A stretch of 64,000 nucleotides of DNA from Heteronotia binoei (lineage: Eukaryota): assembly GCF_032191835.1 (NCBI RefSeq), contig NC_083226.1:80228001-80292000 (forward strand), read 5' to 3'. Positions 1 to 13,654 of this stretch are shown in pieces. How positions within the stretch are numbered: the stretch's first letter is position 1; every line of letters starts with the position of its first letter. Position numbers and translations under genes: made by a program. The notes under the pieces were generated by a model. That model was given only the letters and a program-made list of their open reading frames with translations. It did not search any database and had not been told where the DNA came from.

Positions 1-1920
1 ACCTCCTGGCAATCTGGGCAGGGGGGGTGCATGTAGATGTTAAATAACATCGGAGAGAGGACCCCAAAATCTAGTGAATGCCTCTGGGAGAGTTCTCCCC
101 CAATTGCCACCCTTTATCCATGTCCATCAAGGAAGGAGGAAAGCCACTGTAAGGCCGACCCCCTGATGCCCGAGTCAGCGAGCCGGTGGGTCAGTAACTG
201 ATGGTCGACCGTGTTGAACACAGCCAACAGATCTAACAACATTAGCACCGCCACGCCACCTCAATCCAGATGCCGCTGAAGATCATCTATCAAAACGACC
301 ACCACTGTCTCCATCCCATCCTGCGGAAGCAGGATTAGTGAGAATCTAAGATGGAAGCGTCATCCAGAAAACCCTGCAACTGTAACGCTACTGCCCTCTC
401 GATAATTTTACCCCAAAATGGTAAATTTGAGACCAGTCGATAGTTTGCCAATTCGGCCGGATCTGCTGTAATCTTTTTCAAGAGAGGGCAGACCATAGCC
501 TCTTTGAGAGGTGTTGGAAAATGCCCCTCTGAGAGGGATCTATTTACGATGTCCCGTATAGGACATCTAAGTTCCCTCTGGCAAGATTTAATCAGCCAAG
601 AGGGGCATGGGTCCAGATCACAATTTGTTGGGCATACAGTAGAGAGGATTCCGTCAGCTTCCCCCAGGCTAAGTGTGTCAAAGTGATCCAGAACTGAACC
701 AGAAGACAGGCATGGAGCCTTAAGTTCTTGCACTGTATCCAATGTGGCGGGAAGGTCATGGCGGAGCAACGTGATTTTAACTGCAAATTTTTTTGCAAAA
801 GCCTCGCAGCCAATCTCTAATTCTCTAACATTTGGCCTGCCTTGAGGCAGTGTTGTGCGGTTCCCAATTATCCTAAATAATTGTGCCAGGCGCAAATTTG
901 TAGATGCAATCTTAGCCACAAAGTAATCCTTTTTTGTGGCTTTGACTGCCATCTCATAAGACCTCATAAACGTTCTATAAGATGTTCTCATCGCTTTGTC
1001 ACAAGTATGCCGCCACTGCCTCTCTAGCCGTCTGAGCCCTTGCTTCAGCTGTCGTAGATCCGGGGTGTACCACGGAGCCAGCTTAACACGAGGACGCAGA
1101 GGATGTCGGGGTGTGATCTCATTGATGGCCCTGGATAATCGGCCATGACAAGCCTCAACCAGGTCATCAAGGGAATCGCCAAGGGGCCAGGGATCCCGCA
1201 AAGCCATTTGGAACCGCTCAGGGTCCATCAGACTCTATGGGCAAGCCAAAATAGGCTCTCTGCCCATACAGGGTTGGGACGGTGCATTCACACAAGCCTT
1301 GAGGGCAAAATGGTCCAACCATGGCACTGCCTCAGCAGTAATACCATCCACCAGAACCCCGGCTGCAAAGACCAAATCTGACATGTGTCCTGCCTGGTGA
1401 GTGGGAGTTGTAACAAATTGGGAGAGTCCCAGTGTCGCCGTGGAAGACACTAGGCCCATTGCTTGACTGGAGGCCTCGTCATCGGCATGGACATTGAAAT
1501 CACCCAGGATCACAAGCCTTGGGTATTCCAACGCCCAGCCTGTCACGTCACGGCCTCCCTCAGGGATGGTAAGGCACTGGCCGGTGTGTTAGGCGGACGG
1601 TTCACCAGCCAGATCACTAACCCCTCCCCCACATCCCATGCCAGAATGGCACATTCTATATACCATTGATCGTTGGGGCCGGGAGAGCCCGGAAGTAGTA
1701 ATCCTCCCGTATAAATAATGCCACCCCTCCCCCCGCCCGCTAGTCCATGATTGGTGAAAGGCCGAGTATCCTGGGGAAGTCATCTGGGAGAGAGCTACCA
1801 TCTCCCCATCTTGAACCCAGGTCTCGGTTACACAAGCCAGGTCCATGTCCTGCTTAAGCAGGAACTCCCTAAGGATCGAGGTCTTACTATTTATGGACCT
1901 GGCATTACATAACACCAATG
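1..1920 (-). mobile_element. L2-clade LINE, decayed ORF2 (AP endonuclease + N-terminal RT)
   Basis: APE motifs LCNARSINSK...CVTETW (ORF 1589-2050) and LVILGDFNVH (1235-1546). RT-proximal LDPCPSWL...NYRLVSNLPFWGKIIERAV (335-1228) and LLDL-AFDTVDH (~200-260). Multiple frameshifts and stops. Confidence 0.9.
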
Positions 1921-2587
1921 ATGGAGGCGGGATATTCCTCTTGGCCCCACTACCTGTCACCGTTGAGATGGGACACAGGCTGGAAGGGGGCTGAGCACTG
2001 TTTTGTCTTGGCCTCCTTCCCTTATAATTCTGTCTGCTCCCACCAGTCATACCTTCTCCTCCCCAGGAGTACTGGAATCCCCAGGTCGGGCATCCACACC
2101 TGCGTTCAGTGTGGCCTTCGCTAGCACATTGAAATCACTCAGCAAATGATGATAAGTTTGGAGCAAATGATATAGCATTACCTGATATGATGATGTCATT
2201 TCTGAGACATGTTGGAAGTGATATCGTGGCACTGATGAAGATTCCAGCCATGCCCCCATTTCTGCCTGTAGCTCATCCCATCTAAACAGTGTGGGGTAGA
2301 CTCAGTGTGGGATGTTTTCCCTCATATCTTCCTGTTTCAACCCTGCTTTGCCTGGTTCTTTTATTGCCTTCTCAAGCATTTGGCCTACTTTGCCTTCCTT
2401 GCTTTCTAGGTTACTTTGTCTGCCCAATCCCTTCTCAGCCAATGACCCTTGCCTTTGGGTACTTTGACAAATCACTGCTAGAGACTTCACTAACACCACC
2501 ACAATCATTAAAAGTTTGGATTGTTTTAATATAAAGGACAGTGCTAAAAACAGTTAAAAACTGAAAAGAGATTATTGTTTAGTCTAC

Positions 2588-2647
2588 CTTGCGGTTTCTT
2601 GGAATGTAAACAGCCACGCTGCACTGGGATATATCGGAGCAATTCTT
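2588..2647 (-). CDS. candidate 60-nt host exon (unidentified gene)
   Basis: Acceptor cttcctgtcttgctcag preceded by a long AG-free zone, and donor AAG|gtagac. All three frames are open (e.g. KNCSDISQCSVAVYIPRNRK). Locally CpG-rich. No protein recognised. Confidence 0.2.
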
Positions 2648-3949
2648 CTGAGCAAGACAGGAAGTGCGTCAAGTATCGTGAGATTTCCATGAGAGTTGAT
2701 GGTGACAGAGACAGGAAGCAGTAAAGAAAAAAGCCTACTCTATACCATAGAGAAACATCGGCAGCCATTGCTGGGAGGTCCAATTTAAAACATTGTTTTT
2801 AAAAAGATTTGAGACTTTAAAATTGACAGAATCAACTGGAAAAAGGGTAAGAAGACAAGAACTATAGAAGAGGAGATGTGATGTCCAGGGAAACTGATCT
2901 CTGTAGTCTAGAGATCAGTTGCAATTGCATGAGAAATCCAGGTCCCACCTTGATCTCACTTATCCTATAAGGCTTTGCAATATTGATTTTAAATATGTGC
3001 CTTTAATGAGGAGCAATGGTAAGATAAACATGCAGAGTTGATTCCAGTGGTATTTTAGGAGGCAATTTATGGTAGCTCATCTCCGTATAATGGAATTGTG
3101 TAAATGCTATTATTTTATTATTTTTACTCATTTATAAGATGCAGTGGACAACACAATAAAACTAGTTTAGATTTATTGTAGGTACTTTTAAAAATGGATA
3201 TAAATTTTATGTGGCATTTTTGTGGAAAATTAATTACTGCTTTTTAAAACTATGAGATAAATTGCTCTGTTAATACATCCCCACAGCCACACAGAGAAAA
3301 TGTCAAAGTAGTATTGAGGAAAACTGGCACCTTCATTAAAGACTGAAAAAATCTGTTTGTTCATAACTCAGTGAAGGAGATGTGACAGCATGTTTGAGCC
3401 TTGTCGTTGTCAGTATCCTGGACCATCCAACTATGAAGAAGACAGACAACAGCCCTTAATATTTTATGATAACATGCACCAATAAAAGCTCAAGAACAAG
3501 CACTATCTAGTCCTGTTAATTCCTAAATATCCTATACAAGGTACATCATGAGTAATTTCCATCAGTTTCATTCTGTACTTCTCAGGAAAGGCTAGCGGTT
3601 TAACTGGTTTTCAGGCTATTTTTCTGTTCTGTGTATTCACATATGCTTGCCAAGCCTAAAGTGGAGCCCCAGTTCTCATTTCTCACTGCCATGCTGAGTG
3701 GCTGCAAGAGAAAAATTAAAAAAATGACAACCAGTCCCCCCCTTGGAAGGGGGGACAGAAGTGATGTCAGTCCACTCCTGGAATCACAGGAAACAATCAC
3801 TATAAAGTTTCTGGTGATTCTTAAAAATGACTCATGCCATTTCCAGTTTTTCCCTGGAAATGACATCATTACATCACTGATGGTGGCCCCCCATGTCCCC
3901 ACTCCACTTCCTGCTGCTTCCACAGCATCTTGCCTTGATCCCATACCCT

Positions 3950-4113
3950 TGAAGCTGGGTACTCATTTTTACCGACCTTGGAAGGATGGAAGGCTGAGTC
4001 AATCTCGAGCCAGCTGCCTGAAAACCTAGCTTCCACCGGGGATTGAACTCAGGTTGTGAGTAGAGCTTAGGACTGCAGTACTGCAGCTTTAACACTCTGT
4101 GCCACGGGGCTCT
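3950..4113 (-). mobile_element. Sauria (Squam1)-type SINE, 5' part
   Basis: Reverse complement matches the SINE body at 19905-20202 (gctgcagtactgcagtc...ctcagccttccatccttcc). Confidence 0.8.
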
Positions 4114-4209
4114 TGGAAGTAAAATAGATATCAAGTAAAGAGTAAGTACATCTACAATTAGGCTCACTAATGTCAGCAGAGCCTTCCTAAGTGCAGTGAT
4201 AACAGTGCC

Positions 4210-4462
4210 GAGAGCCAGTTTGGAGTAGTGGTTAAGTGTGTGGACTGGGAGAACCAGACTTGATTCCCAACTCCTCCACTTGCAGCTGCTGGAATAGCCT
4301 TGGGTCAGTCATAGCTCTGGAGTTGTCCTTGAAAAGGCAGCTGCTGTAAGAGCTGTCTCAGCCCCACCTACCTCACAGGGTGTCTGTTGGGGTGGGGGGA
4401 GGTAATTGTGACCACTCTGAGACTCAGAGTATGGGGCAGGATATAAATCCAATATCTTCTTC
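4210..4462 (+). mobile_element. tRNA-derived SINE with L2-like tail (Squam2-type)
   Basis: Head gagagccagtttggagtagtggttaag, body ctcagccccacctacctcacaggg, tail gatataaatccaatatcttcttc. Related copies at 27860 and 46022. Confidence 0.75.
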
Positions 4463-4924
4463 AAAATTAAAACTGCTGAAATAAATTCAAAGTAATTGCT
4501 CCTTTTTGTGATGAATTTCTCCCTAACCTTACTTCCTCTAGTAACTGAACTTAATTAAATATGCACACAAAGAGTTTAATGCTGCTTATAATGTGTGGCA
4601 TTATAAACAGGCAAATAACTTAGTATTTCCCTGCATTACTATTCTATATGGCTACTATATGGGTCTAGGGCATGGTTTCAAGCATGTGAAGACTGTCTAG
4701 AATAGTTTTTGTGTCCTCTAGATATATAACCATACAATGGCAAAAAAATACTTTGCATTGTTTTTCCTGCTTTAGATATTGCAAGCCACAAGGGACATTT
4801 TTTGTTATAGGATGCAGCCCTTTAGAAATGTTTTACACAACTAGCTCTATATCTGTAGAAATGGAGATAAAATTGTGTGCTTCTACAAATGCGAGAGGAT
4901 GCACATAGCAGGAAACTTGTTATT

Positions 4925-5141
4925 ATATGAACATATGAAGCTGCCTTATACTGAATCAGACCTTCAGTCCATCAAAGTCAGTATTGTCTACTCAGACTGG
5001 CAGCGGCTCTCCAGAGTCTCAAGCTGAGTTTTTTTCACACCTATTTTGCCTGGACTTTTTTAGTTGGAGATGCCGGGGATTGAATCTGGAACCTTCCGCT
5101 TACCAAGCAGATGCTCTACCACTGAGCCACTGTCCCTCCCC
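4925..5141 (-). mobile_element. tRNA-derived SINE (Squam3-type)
   Basis: tRNA-like A/B boxes (tggctcagtggtagagc...ggttccagattcaatccccggc) followed by a non-tRNA body ending gtataaggcagcttcatatgttca. Confidence 0.8.
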
Positions 5142-8100
5142 AAACAGTGACTTATTTCAGCCTACTCATAAGGAAAGCAGAGCAGCATAAGTGTTACTGT
5201 GGATGTGCTGAAGCCCCTATTTGCTAAGAGAACTTATAAATAAACAGAAAACTCTAAAAGAATACATAGCAAAAGTAATTCTGAAAAGTTTCACTAAGTA
5301 TATTTTCTTTACTTCAAGTTCTGACTGCATTTAACAACACTTTGTTAAATGTCTGAATGATGAAGATAAAGATAGTGAAGTGCATCCAGAGAGTTCTTTT
5401 TGAAGAACATGTTTTATCTCATTGCTATCATAAATACAGTCCACCTTGTTTTGACACTTGAGTTCCACAATAGCTGTTATACTTCCACTGTGAACATTCA
5501 AAGACACCCAGTACTACCAAGCTGTCTGTGTCAAAAAAACTATGGCCATCTTCATAGCAAATCACTACTTATCTTCTGCAAGATGAGTCAGTAAGAGCTG
5601 GAGTTTTCTTTTTTCTATTATCTCCTCTGGAATCACAATAGAGCAATACCAATTCTGTGGAATGGAATATCACAAGGGACTAAGCTTTTTTTCTTTATCT
5701 ACATGGATCAATAAAGAAGTTAGGTAGAGTAGTCCAGGGGATACAGAGACTATTTGCTGTGGGGAAGGATTAGTACTGTATTAAGTTTTGATGAGATTTA
5801 ATTTTTAATATTAACATTTCTATCTTGAGTTGTTCTCAAAGAGCCCTGTATTCTATGAGTCACATGCCCAGAGCTGCCTATGATCTCAGGCCTTTATGCA
5901 GCCAGAGGCAAAGATATTCCATCTTGTATCAAAACAGTGGATCATGATTGGGTCTACATGCAATCAAGTATATTTCCTGATGAGATAGCCAGATTCTCAT
6001 GAGAAAGCTATCACAATCCCCAATCAAGACATTCTTTTTCTTGTGAAATTTTAATTTTATTGGATGAATAAAACTAGGAAACACGCATAGCACTCCAAAT
6101 TTCAATTTCATGCCACTGTCACAACCCAAGGAGCAACTCTGAGCCTGCATTGCAGGTCTAGTCTTACTCCAGATGATTTCTCCACCACCAAGACGCCATC
6201 CTACTTCCCTGCTTTTCACCTGCAGCGACAATATTCTTGTCTCCCTTTCCCTCTCTCTGTCTTTCTTTTTTGGAGACTTAACAGACACATCTTTGAGACA
6301 CAGGTCTAGTGGTTTTGCTCTTTGGGCTAGCCTGGGAAGAATTTCTGAATAGTGATGTTAGACAGCTCATCTCAGTGGCACCAGCACCCAGGATGACATG
6401 TTGCAGTGCATACCAGTCTTATTGGTAAGGGATGTTTATGTTAGTAGTTTGGATTGAGAAGAAGGGACCAGTCATCAATCTTTGCACAAATGTATTGAGC
6501 ACTTTGAATTTTAGCTGTGCCACAGCTTTCATCCAATTAAATATTGCCAGTGAGCCTTAGCCAATAGAAGAATTTTATGCCATATACATGCTTTTTTTAA
6601 AGCTGCCATTGTTATGAATTATGTACCAAATTTCTTGTCTATGTGCCAACACGTGGCATGGTGTCATCTGAGATACAAAAGGTTCTGACTTCTTTGAGAG
6701 GCTGAAAGAGCCACTTGGTATGCAGGCCTCAGCTTAGCTCTGTTCTGTCTTGTGCAATATTGTACAATGAACCTTTTCTTTCTCCCACACTGGACTTTGC
6801 TGGATGTCATTCAGTCAAACAGAGGGCATTCATCATGGGTGGGCTCCATTTTTGGACTACTTTACTACTTTATAGTAAATCTGAATATGCACCACAGAGG
6901 AAAAGTAATGCATTATAGATGGATAAAATTCACACATGGATACAAATCCAGAAGCATCCCAACCTCAGCCCAGATTAAGTCAACCACCTTTAATTTGATT
7001 GGGGAACACTGGACTGGTAGTCTTAGTGAGAGGGATGGATACATTTCCTTTCCATGCTCACAGACAGCCTACTTTCAAACAGTTTCACCCCTTTTCTGAA
7101 AAAGACAAATAGTGCCATTTTAATCAGAGCTGCATCCTAAATTAATTGAAGTCAACAGATTTAGAAGAATATAACTGCTTAGGACAGAAATGGCAATATT
7201 CTAATTTTAAATAATGTAAAGATTGATTAGTGAATGAAGTCATTTTAAACATGTTGGCCTGTACAATATGAATTACAAAGAATTTATACCTGCCAAAACT
7301 TGGACATAGTTCTGTAATTTAAATGTACATTGCATGGCAAATAAATATTGGTGATTTTCTTTTTAAAAAAAACTTCATGGATTAATAGGGTTTTGATATC
7401 ATACAGAAAGCTAAATATAAGAGCAGAGTAACGTAGGGGTTTAATACAAAATGCTGAGACAGTGATACAAATAGTCCTGGACTTATCATTTTGTATGCAG
7501 GGCTCTAGATACAAGATGTAAACAAATGATAGATGAAATATTGATCTCTTCAGAAGACAGGCAAATTTGACAGGTTTTGCTCATCCATTACTGTTTGCTT
7601 TTTAATGTTAATTTTTTTTAACATTTCAGAGGCTATATATAATACAGATCATGAAGAGATTTTGAATGCCTCAGTTATTTCTGTAATGGGCAGAGGGTAT
7701 AATCCTTTTAAAAAAAATGTTAGTGGAAAGCAAACATTTAAACCTAATTTTATATTTTCCCCACCTAAATTAGTGGCTATTTAGTCTTCTAGGTATGTGG
7801 ATAATAGGTATGTAATCTCTTTTTCTGTGTTGAAAAAACAAATCTAAAGGTTTGGAAAATCCACATTCCAATGAAAAATTGCAAAATTTGGAACAACAGG
7901 GAACTAAGAGTTAGGAGCAAAGAACACAAAGTCATGGATGCCTAAGTTGGTGGACATCTGTATTAGGAGGATGTGAGCTGTTTAACACAATTTCCAGCTA
8001 CAGTGCACTAGATGGATGAGATTGTGCCTTTGTACCCACTGTGCAAATATAGACAAGAATGCAACCCTCATTTGTAGCAGTCTCCAGCTACTAGCTGCAA

Positions 8101-8479
8101 ACTGCATGTTGCGTTGCACATTATAATATGTGATTACAACTATCATTAGATGCAAGTTGTTTTGTCTTTGTCTTCACTAGGAAATGATGTGTGCTGCATT
8201 TCTAAGAAATTCAAATGTTAATATTATAACATATGTAAGCAGATCTACTTAGAAGTAAATCCCATTTTATCACATGGCACTTATTCCCCAGAAACTGTTC
8301 TTTTGGTTGCAAACATAATGTAAATATGAATTTTTCAAGAATTATTTACGTATTTTTTGAGAAAACAAGATTTTATATGGATAACATGTAATCTAGATGG
8401 TTGCAACTTGTATCTTCTACAATTTCTTTGTCACTGAGAACAGACAAAAGAGAATGCTTCTAAACACAGCACATAATAA

Positions 8480-9265
8480 TTTGCCCCCCCAGTCGGAATG
8501 AAGAGGCTGACACAATGTTGGATGAAAACCGGGCCGCTATATTAAACATAACTTGAATGAGCAGAAATGGCAAGAGGTCTAGGCCTAACAGGACAAGCCC
8601 TGGGGACAAACCCCGGACCCCACCTTGTCCTGGGAGGGCGAGCCACCCTGCCCCCAGCACAAGCCGAATATCATCTGGCTGGTGCTGAGCAGCCAGGCCC
8701 AAACTCCACCTCCACTTAGGCCGGCATCCAACCCACTGGAAGGATCCGCCCCGGTGAGGCTTTGTCGTGATCTGCACTCCCCACATTGAGCCGTAAAGCC
8801 CATCTGCAGTTCGTACAGACCACCAGCACCAACTGGTGCTGAGCCATAGGTGCTCCCCTAAAATACTGTAGCCAATACCTCAACCTGCCAAGCGACCAAC
8901 TAACAACTCTTCCCCAAACTCTACTCTAACCAAAAGTACAAAGTAGGTGAAAAACAAATTCACTTAAGCCAATCCAGTGAAAATGAAAAAATTCCTACCT
9001 GGCCCCTAATAAGGTGACCGGCAAAACTTGTACTGCAAGGGAGGGCGGGCGGGCCGAGAGACGAAAAAGAACTGCGTTGCTCGGGGCGGGGCCAGGGCTT
9101 TATAGCCCCAACACCACGCCCCATATGCTCCTGTATGTTAGGGAAGCTGAGTCATCCTCCCTCCTTCTGAGAGGGCAAAAACCGCCCCCCAGCCTAAAGT
9201 GGCGATGCTGCTCGGCTGGGAGGGGGCCGACTTTGTAGAAGTCGCTGCCATGTGCTGGGATGAGG
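8480..9265 (-). mobile_element. short DIRS/Ngaro-related unit: 5' region joined to 3' region, no ORFs
   Basis: Minus-strand 3' end (gtgtcagcctcttcattccgactggggggcaa) and ~8480-8870 match 60760-61143. The TATA-containing part (ttggggctataaagccc...acgcagtt...tctctc) matches ~51840-51900. Confidence 0.7.
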
Positions 9266-9671
9266 GCTACTGTTTATATGGCTTTAAAATAAAATTCCTA
9301 ATAGATAACTATTGACAGATCTATTAGCCTTGGGAGAACCTTTGGTCAAAAATGAAACTTTTGAATGCATGAGAGAGTGAATGGAGTTATGTATGCTATG
9401 CCCACTCTTGACTTGCACACTTTAAGGTTGAATAGGGTCCAGTGTCCACACTGCTGAGAAAAAGGTGTTTGCTTGATCATATGGTCAGAGCCATGCATGA
9501 GTACAACTCAAGCAAATGTATGACATGTATTTGAGGCCAGCCTCTTTCATCTATGCATTCAGTACCTAATGCATAAAATATGAAGATCAATGTATGTAAT
9601 ATGCATGCATTTAAAATATGCCAGGAAACCTTATTTTTAGTAATTTGTATTGGACTACTGAGGAATGGTGG

Positions 9672-9860
9672 TGACCTTGACCTGGATGGCCCAGGCTAGT
9701 CCAATCTCACCAGAAGCTAAGAAGTGTTGGCCCTATTTAGAATTTGAATGGGAGACCACCAGGAAATTCCAGGGTTGCTATGCAGAGGAAGGCAACAGCA
9801 AACCACTATTAGTGTATTGCCTTGAAACTCACATGGCATGAGTCCACTTGCAGAGAGGGC
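9672..9860 (+). mobile_element. 5S rRNA-derived SINE with Sauria/RTE-like tail
   Basis: Degenerate 5S segment (agaagctaag...ggccct...gaatgggagaccacc) followed by gaggaaggcaacagcaaaccact. Confidence 0.65.
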
Positions 9861-11387
9861 AGGATAAAAGTCTAAAGTAATAAATAAATAAATTTCAAAC
9901 ATACAGCCCATGGGCCAGAACTGGCCGATTCAGGGCTCTTATTTAGCCCACAAGCAACTGGTGCAGGGAAGGAAGTAGGGATTCCCATACTCCTGTTTCT
10001 GGCAGAAATCTCCAGCAGAAAGCCCACCCTTCATACTATTGGCCAATGAAAAAGTGTAGAAAATTACAGTGCCACTCTATAATTTCATCTCTATGGGAAA
10101 CACATTATATACTAGTACTCTAGAGCATCACCCCAGACTTAAAGGCTGGTGTGCACACATCAGTGCACATACAGCAAATGAGAACAAGGAGGAAAATTGG
10201 TTTGTATTTCAACATCCTAATGCCATTGTAGCAACTGCACCTGCTCCAGGGACCAGGCTGTCTGTGCCATGGAAGCCACTTGCTGAGCCCTTACTGCTTT
10301 CTAATATCTGGTTCCACCCCCACCCCCCTCACCACCACCACAATCTTTCTGCTGCTATGGCTATGTTTCTCACTGCTGCTTAGAACAACTAAAACCACAT
10401 GCCATTTCCTCCACTGCAGTCACCTTCCCATGGCCAACAACTGAGCAGCCTTCCCCTTGTTTGTTTTCTTCTTTAAATCTCTTGTTTTTTCCCCCTGCTC
10501 ATCTTCTCCCACTCTCTGCATCTTCCCTAGTTTGCCTTCCCTTCCTTCCTCTGGCTGCTTTTCCCTTTTCTGTCTGCCACACTCCAGTCAGAACTAGGGG
10601 CATGCACTTCTCTGGTGAAGAAGTGTGCACACACATGCACCCCACCCAGAAGAAGTTTTTGACTGGCCACACAGCAGTAGCTGCATGTAACCAACTCTTC
10701 TGCTCCTGAATCCCTTGTCTGGACTGGGCTAAGAGCAGCCAACTGGTTAGTGGTATGGGCAGTACAGGGAGCCAGTCCCAGTCAGGTCAGAACACCTTTT
10801 GTCTGGGGTGGGCACACTTGAGCAGCCCAATGAAAGAAACAAGCTTGGAGCAGGTGGACTGAAGGAAGGTGTACCTTGGCACCCACCAGTCAACCAGCAG
10901 CAGCACAGCTTCTTCTTTGCAGCTTGGACAATCAGGTGAGCTGGGCTTTGAAAACTCAAAGTGAAATTGCTTGATGCTTATGGGTTATTCTAAGGTGTAA
11001 AAGAGCCCAAATAAATGTTCTGAAAAGGATGAAAGGAGAGTGGCAAAGGTCTTCTTAAAGAAATCTTATGTCTCTCCCTTTCTTATTCCTCCTCCTTCCC
11101 CAGTTTTTCTCTACACATCCCTCCATCTCCCAAATAAGCCCTTTCCAGCTCCCCAGCCCTAATAAAAGTAAACAAGAGAGGAGCACATAAAAGATTGGAG
11201 AGAGTGTTCTAATGACCATGTGGGGTTTTAAATTAAAAATGGATAAATAATCAAAAATAGGGAGAAAAATAACAGCAACAGGACAGTAATGGAATAACAG
11301 GTTATAAAAATGAGAATTTATACAAGGCATCAGCCCTAGATTCATTCCAGTACAGCTTCCACCTGGCCATGGAATGAATACAGTGCT

Positions 11388-12360
11388 GGTTGCCCTCATG
11401 GGTGATCTCCTGGCAGCTGAATCGAAGCAGGTTGGCGCTGCTGTTGCTGTTAGATCTGAGAGCAGTGTGTGACATGGACGGCTATGATCTGTTGACCCAG
11501 TGCCTTTCCAAAATAGAAATCTGTGGAGTAGTCTTAAAGTGGCTTACTTCATTCCTCCAGGGTTGGGGAGAGAGAGTGGCACTTGGTTGGAGGGTGTCAC
11601 ACCAGCACTGTTTGGTTTGTGGGATTCCTCAAGAGGCCACCCTCTCCCCTATGTTGTTTAACACTTATATGTGCCCTCTCACTTATATGTGCCGGTTCAG
11701 AGTTTCAGGCTGGGTTGTCATCAGTATGCTGATGACACCCAGCTATATCTGATGATTGGTGGCTAGCCGGCCACCACCCCACCTAATTTGGCTGTAGGAT
11801 TGGAGGCTGTGGCTGGATGGTTGAGGCAGAGCCAGCTGAGACTGAATCCATCAAAGACATCCCATCCTGTGGTTGGGGGTGGAGGGAATGATCTAAGGTT
11901 GGTGTGCAAACTCCCAGCTCTTGATCATGTTCCACTAACATTGCCTTTGACTGTCAAGAACTTTGGGGTGCACCTGGATTCCTCCTTATCTATGGAGACC
12001 CAGATAGTGAATATTGCCAGGCTGACATTCTTCCAACTGCACCAGGCCAGGCCTTCCTCTCTAGTCATCACCCTGCAACAGTAATCTATGCAATAGTCAC
12101 CTCAAGGTTGTATGATTGCAACTTGCTGTATGTAGGGTTACCCTTGATGCTGACCCAGAAACTACAGCTTGCCAAAACACAGTGGCAAGGGTACTTACAG
12201 GTACCCCAATGTCAATGCACATTCAGCCTGTGCTTTACCAGCTGCAGTGGCTGCAGGCTGAGTACCTAATCCACTTCAAAGTTTTGTTTCTGAACTTTAA
12301 GGCCCTTAATGGTGTAGGACCAACATACTTCTAGGACCACTTCTTCCAGTATGCCTCTTC
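11388..12360 (+). mobile_element. L2-clade LINE, decayed RT/3' part
   Basis: LLLLLDLRAVCD, GIPQEATLSPMLFNTY, cagtatgctgatgacacccagc (QYADDTQ) and LNPSKT motifs, with frameshifts. Confidence 0.85.
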
Positions 12361-13654
12361 CCCTCCCAAGGGAAGGCAGGAGGTTGGTCAGCGGGAGAGG
12401 GTGGGGAGAGTTGATGTATTTTGAGTAAAAATAATATTGAATTGGGTATGTCTGTGTTCTTTATAACGTTTATATCTCCAGTATCTGGCATTACATTTTA
12501 TGGCACACATGGCCTAGTTCTACAAAATGACATTTATATCAGTTCTAACTCTCATAATAAATGAGTTAGAAACCTCTGCCTTATGGGATAGCTGCAACTT
12601 GATGGCACTTTTTGCACACAAGTGGCAGCTAATGAAAAGAGTTTGGAGTTTGATCTGAGAAACTGAGATCCAAGAAGCTAAACCCTAGGACTTATTGCAG
12701 GACTGATAAACCATGTAAAATAAGTGAACACTGTCATATATAAAGAAACAGGAAATCTCAAGTCATAATTTTCCTTCTGGATTTTGGGAGCTCTATTGTT
12801 CTTTAATATACTTTAAATGTGACTGAAGAAAAAAGAATCTAGCAATTTTTTAAAGCTATTTTTAATCCATAGCCTTGAGTGAACAAGTCAAATATGCATT
12901 AAGATCTCTATCTCTCTGTATCTCTCTCTCATAGAAATTCAGTGAGGTCAAAAGTGCCTAAATTTGCCTAGTATCATGCTCAAAACATTTAATTTCTTGA
13001 AACTTTCAAAATATTAGATGTTTGAATATCAAGCTGAAAGCTCAGGAATACCATTGTAAAATAATTGAATTCATGTCTATAGAGGAATCAATGTCTTGCT
13101 AACAGCAAATACTGTTTAACAATTAACTGATTTAACATCACAAATTTATGGTCATAAACAGCACAGAGTAACACTGGGGTTTTTCGGATTGTAGCTGCCT
13201 TTCATGTTTGTGTTTGTGTTGAGCCACTTCTGATGATCACACCATCAATGCAATCTTTTCAGACTTCCTTTAGGAGTTCCATCTGTTCCAGGTTGAGAGG
13301 GTTGCATTTTTTTCATGTGCATTGAAGCATTTCAGCAGCCTTATTCACTCCACCTTCTTTGTATGACAGTAGCCTCATTTACTCTTATGTAAATCACAAT
13401 AGATGAATAACTTATTTGCACCTTTATTGATTTGGTATTGAAGAGGGGAAACATGATCCCAGCTCAGGCTGGAAAGAGAAGCAGAGATCAGGCCAGACAC
13501 ATGGTGTACTTGCAAGGCAGAGCATAGGAAGCTGTCCCAATAGGCACCTTTGACTCATTGAAATGTTTTGCCATTGAGATGCAAATTTTAAGAATACCCA
13601 CATGTTTTCTGGCCATGTTTTGGAGAGGTGGTGGGTTTTGGGGGAGTTATCAAT

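Noticed and set aside
4925-5141. tRNA gene
   Set aside because: The tRNA-like part runs into a SINE body and lacks a proper cloverleaf; a similar head occurs at 52310.
9690-9770. 5S rRNA gene
   Set aside because: Partial, highly diverged and fused to a retroposon tail.
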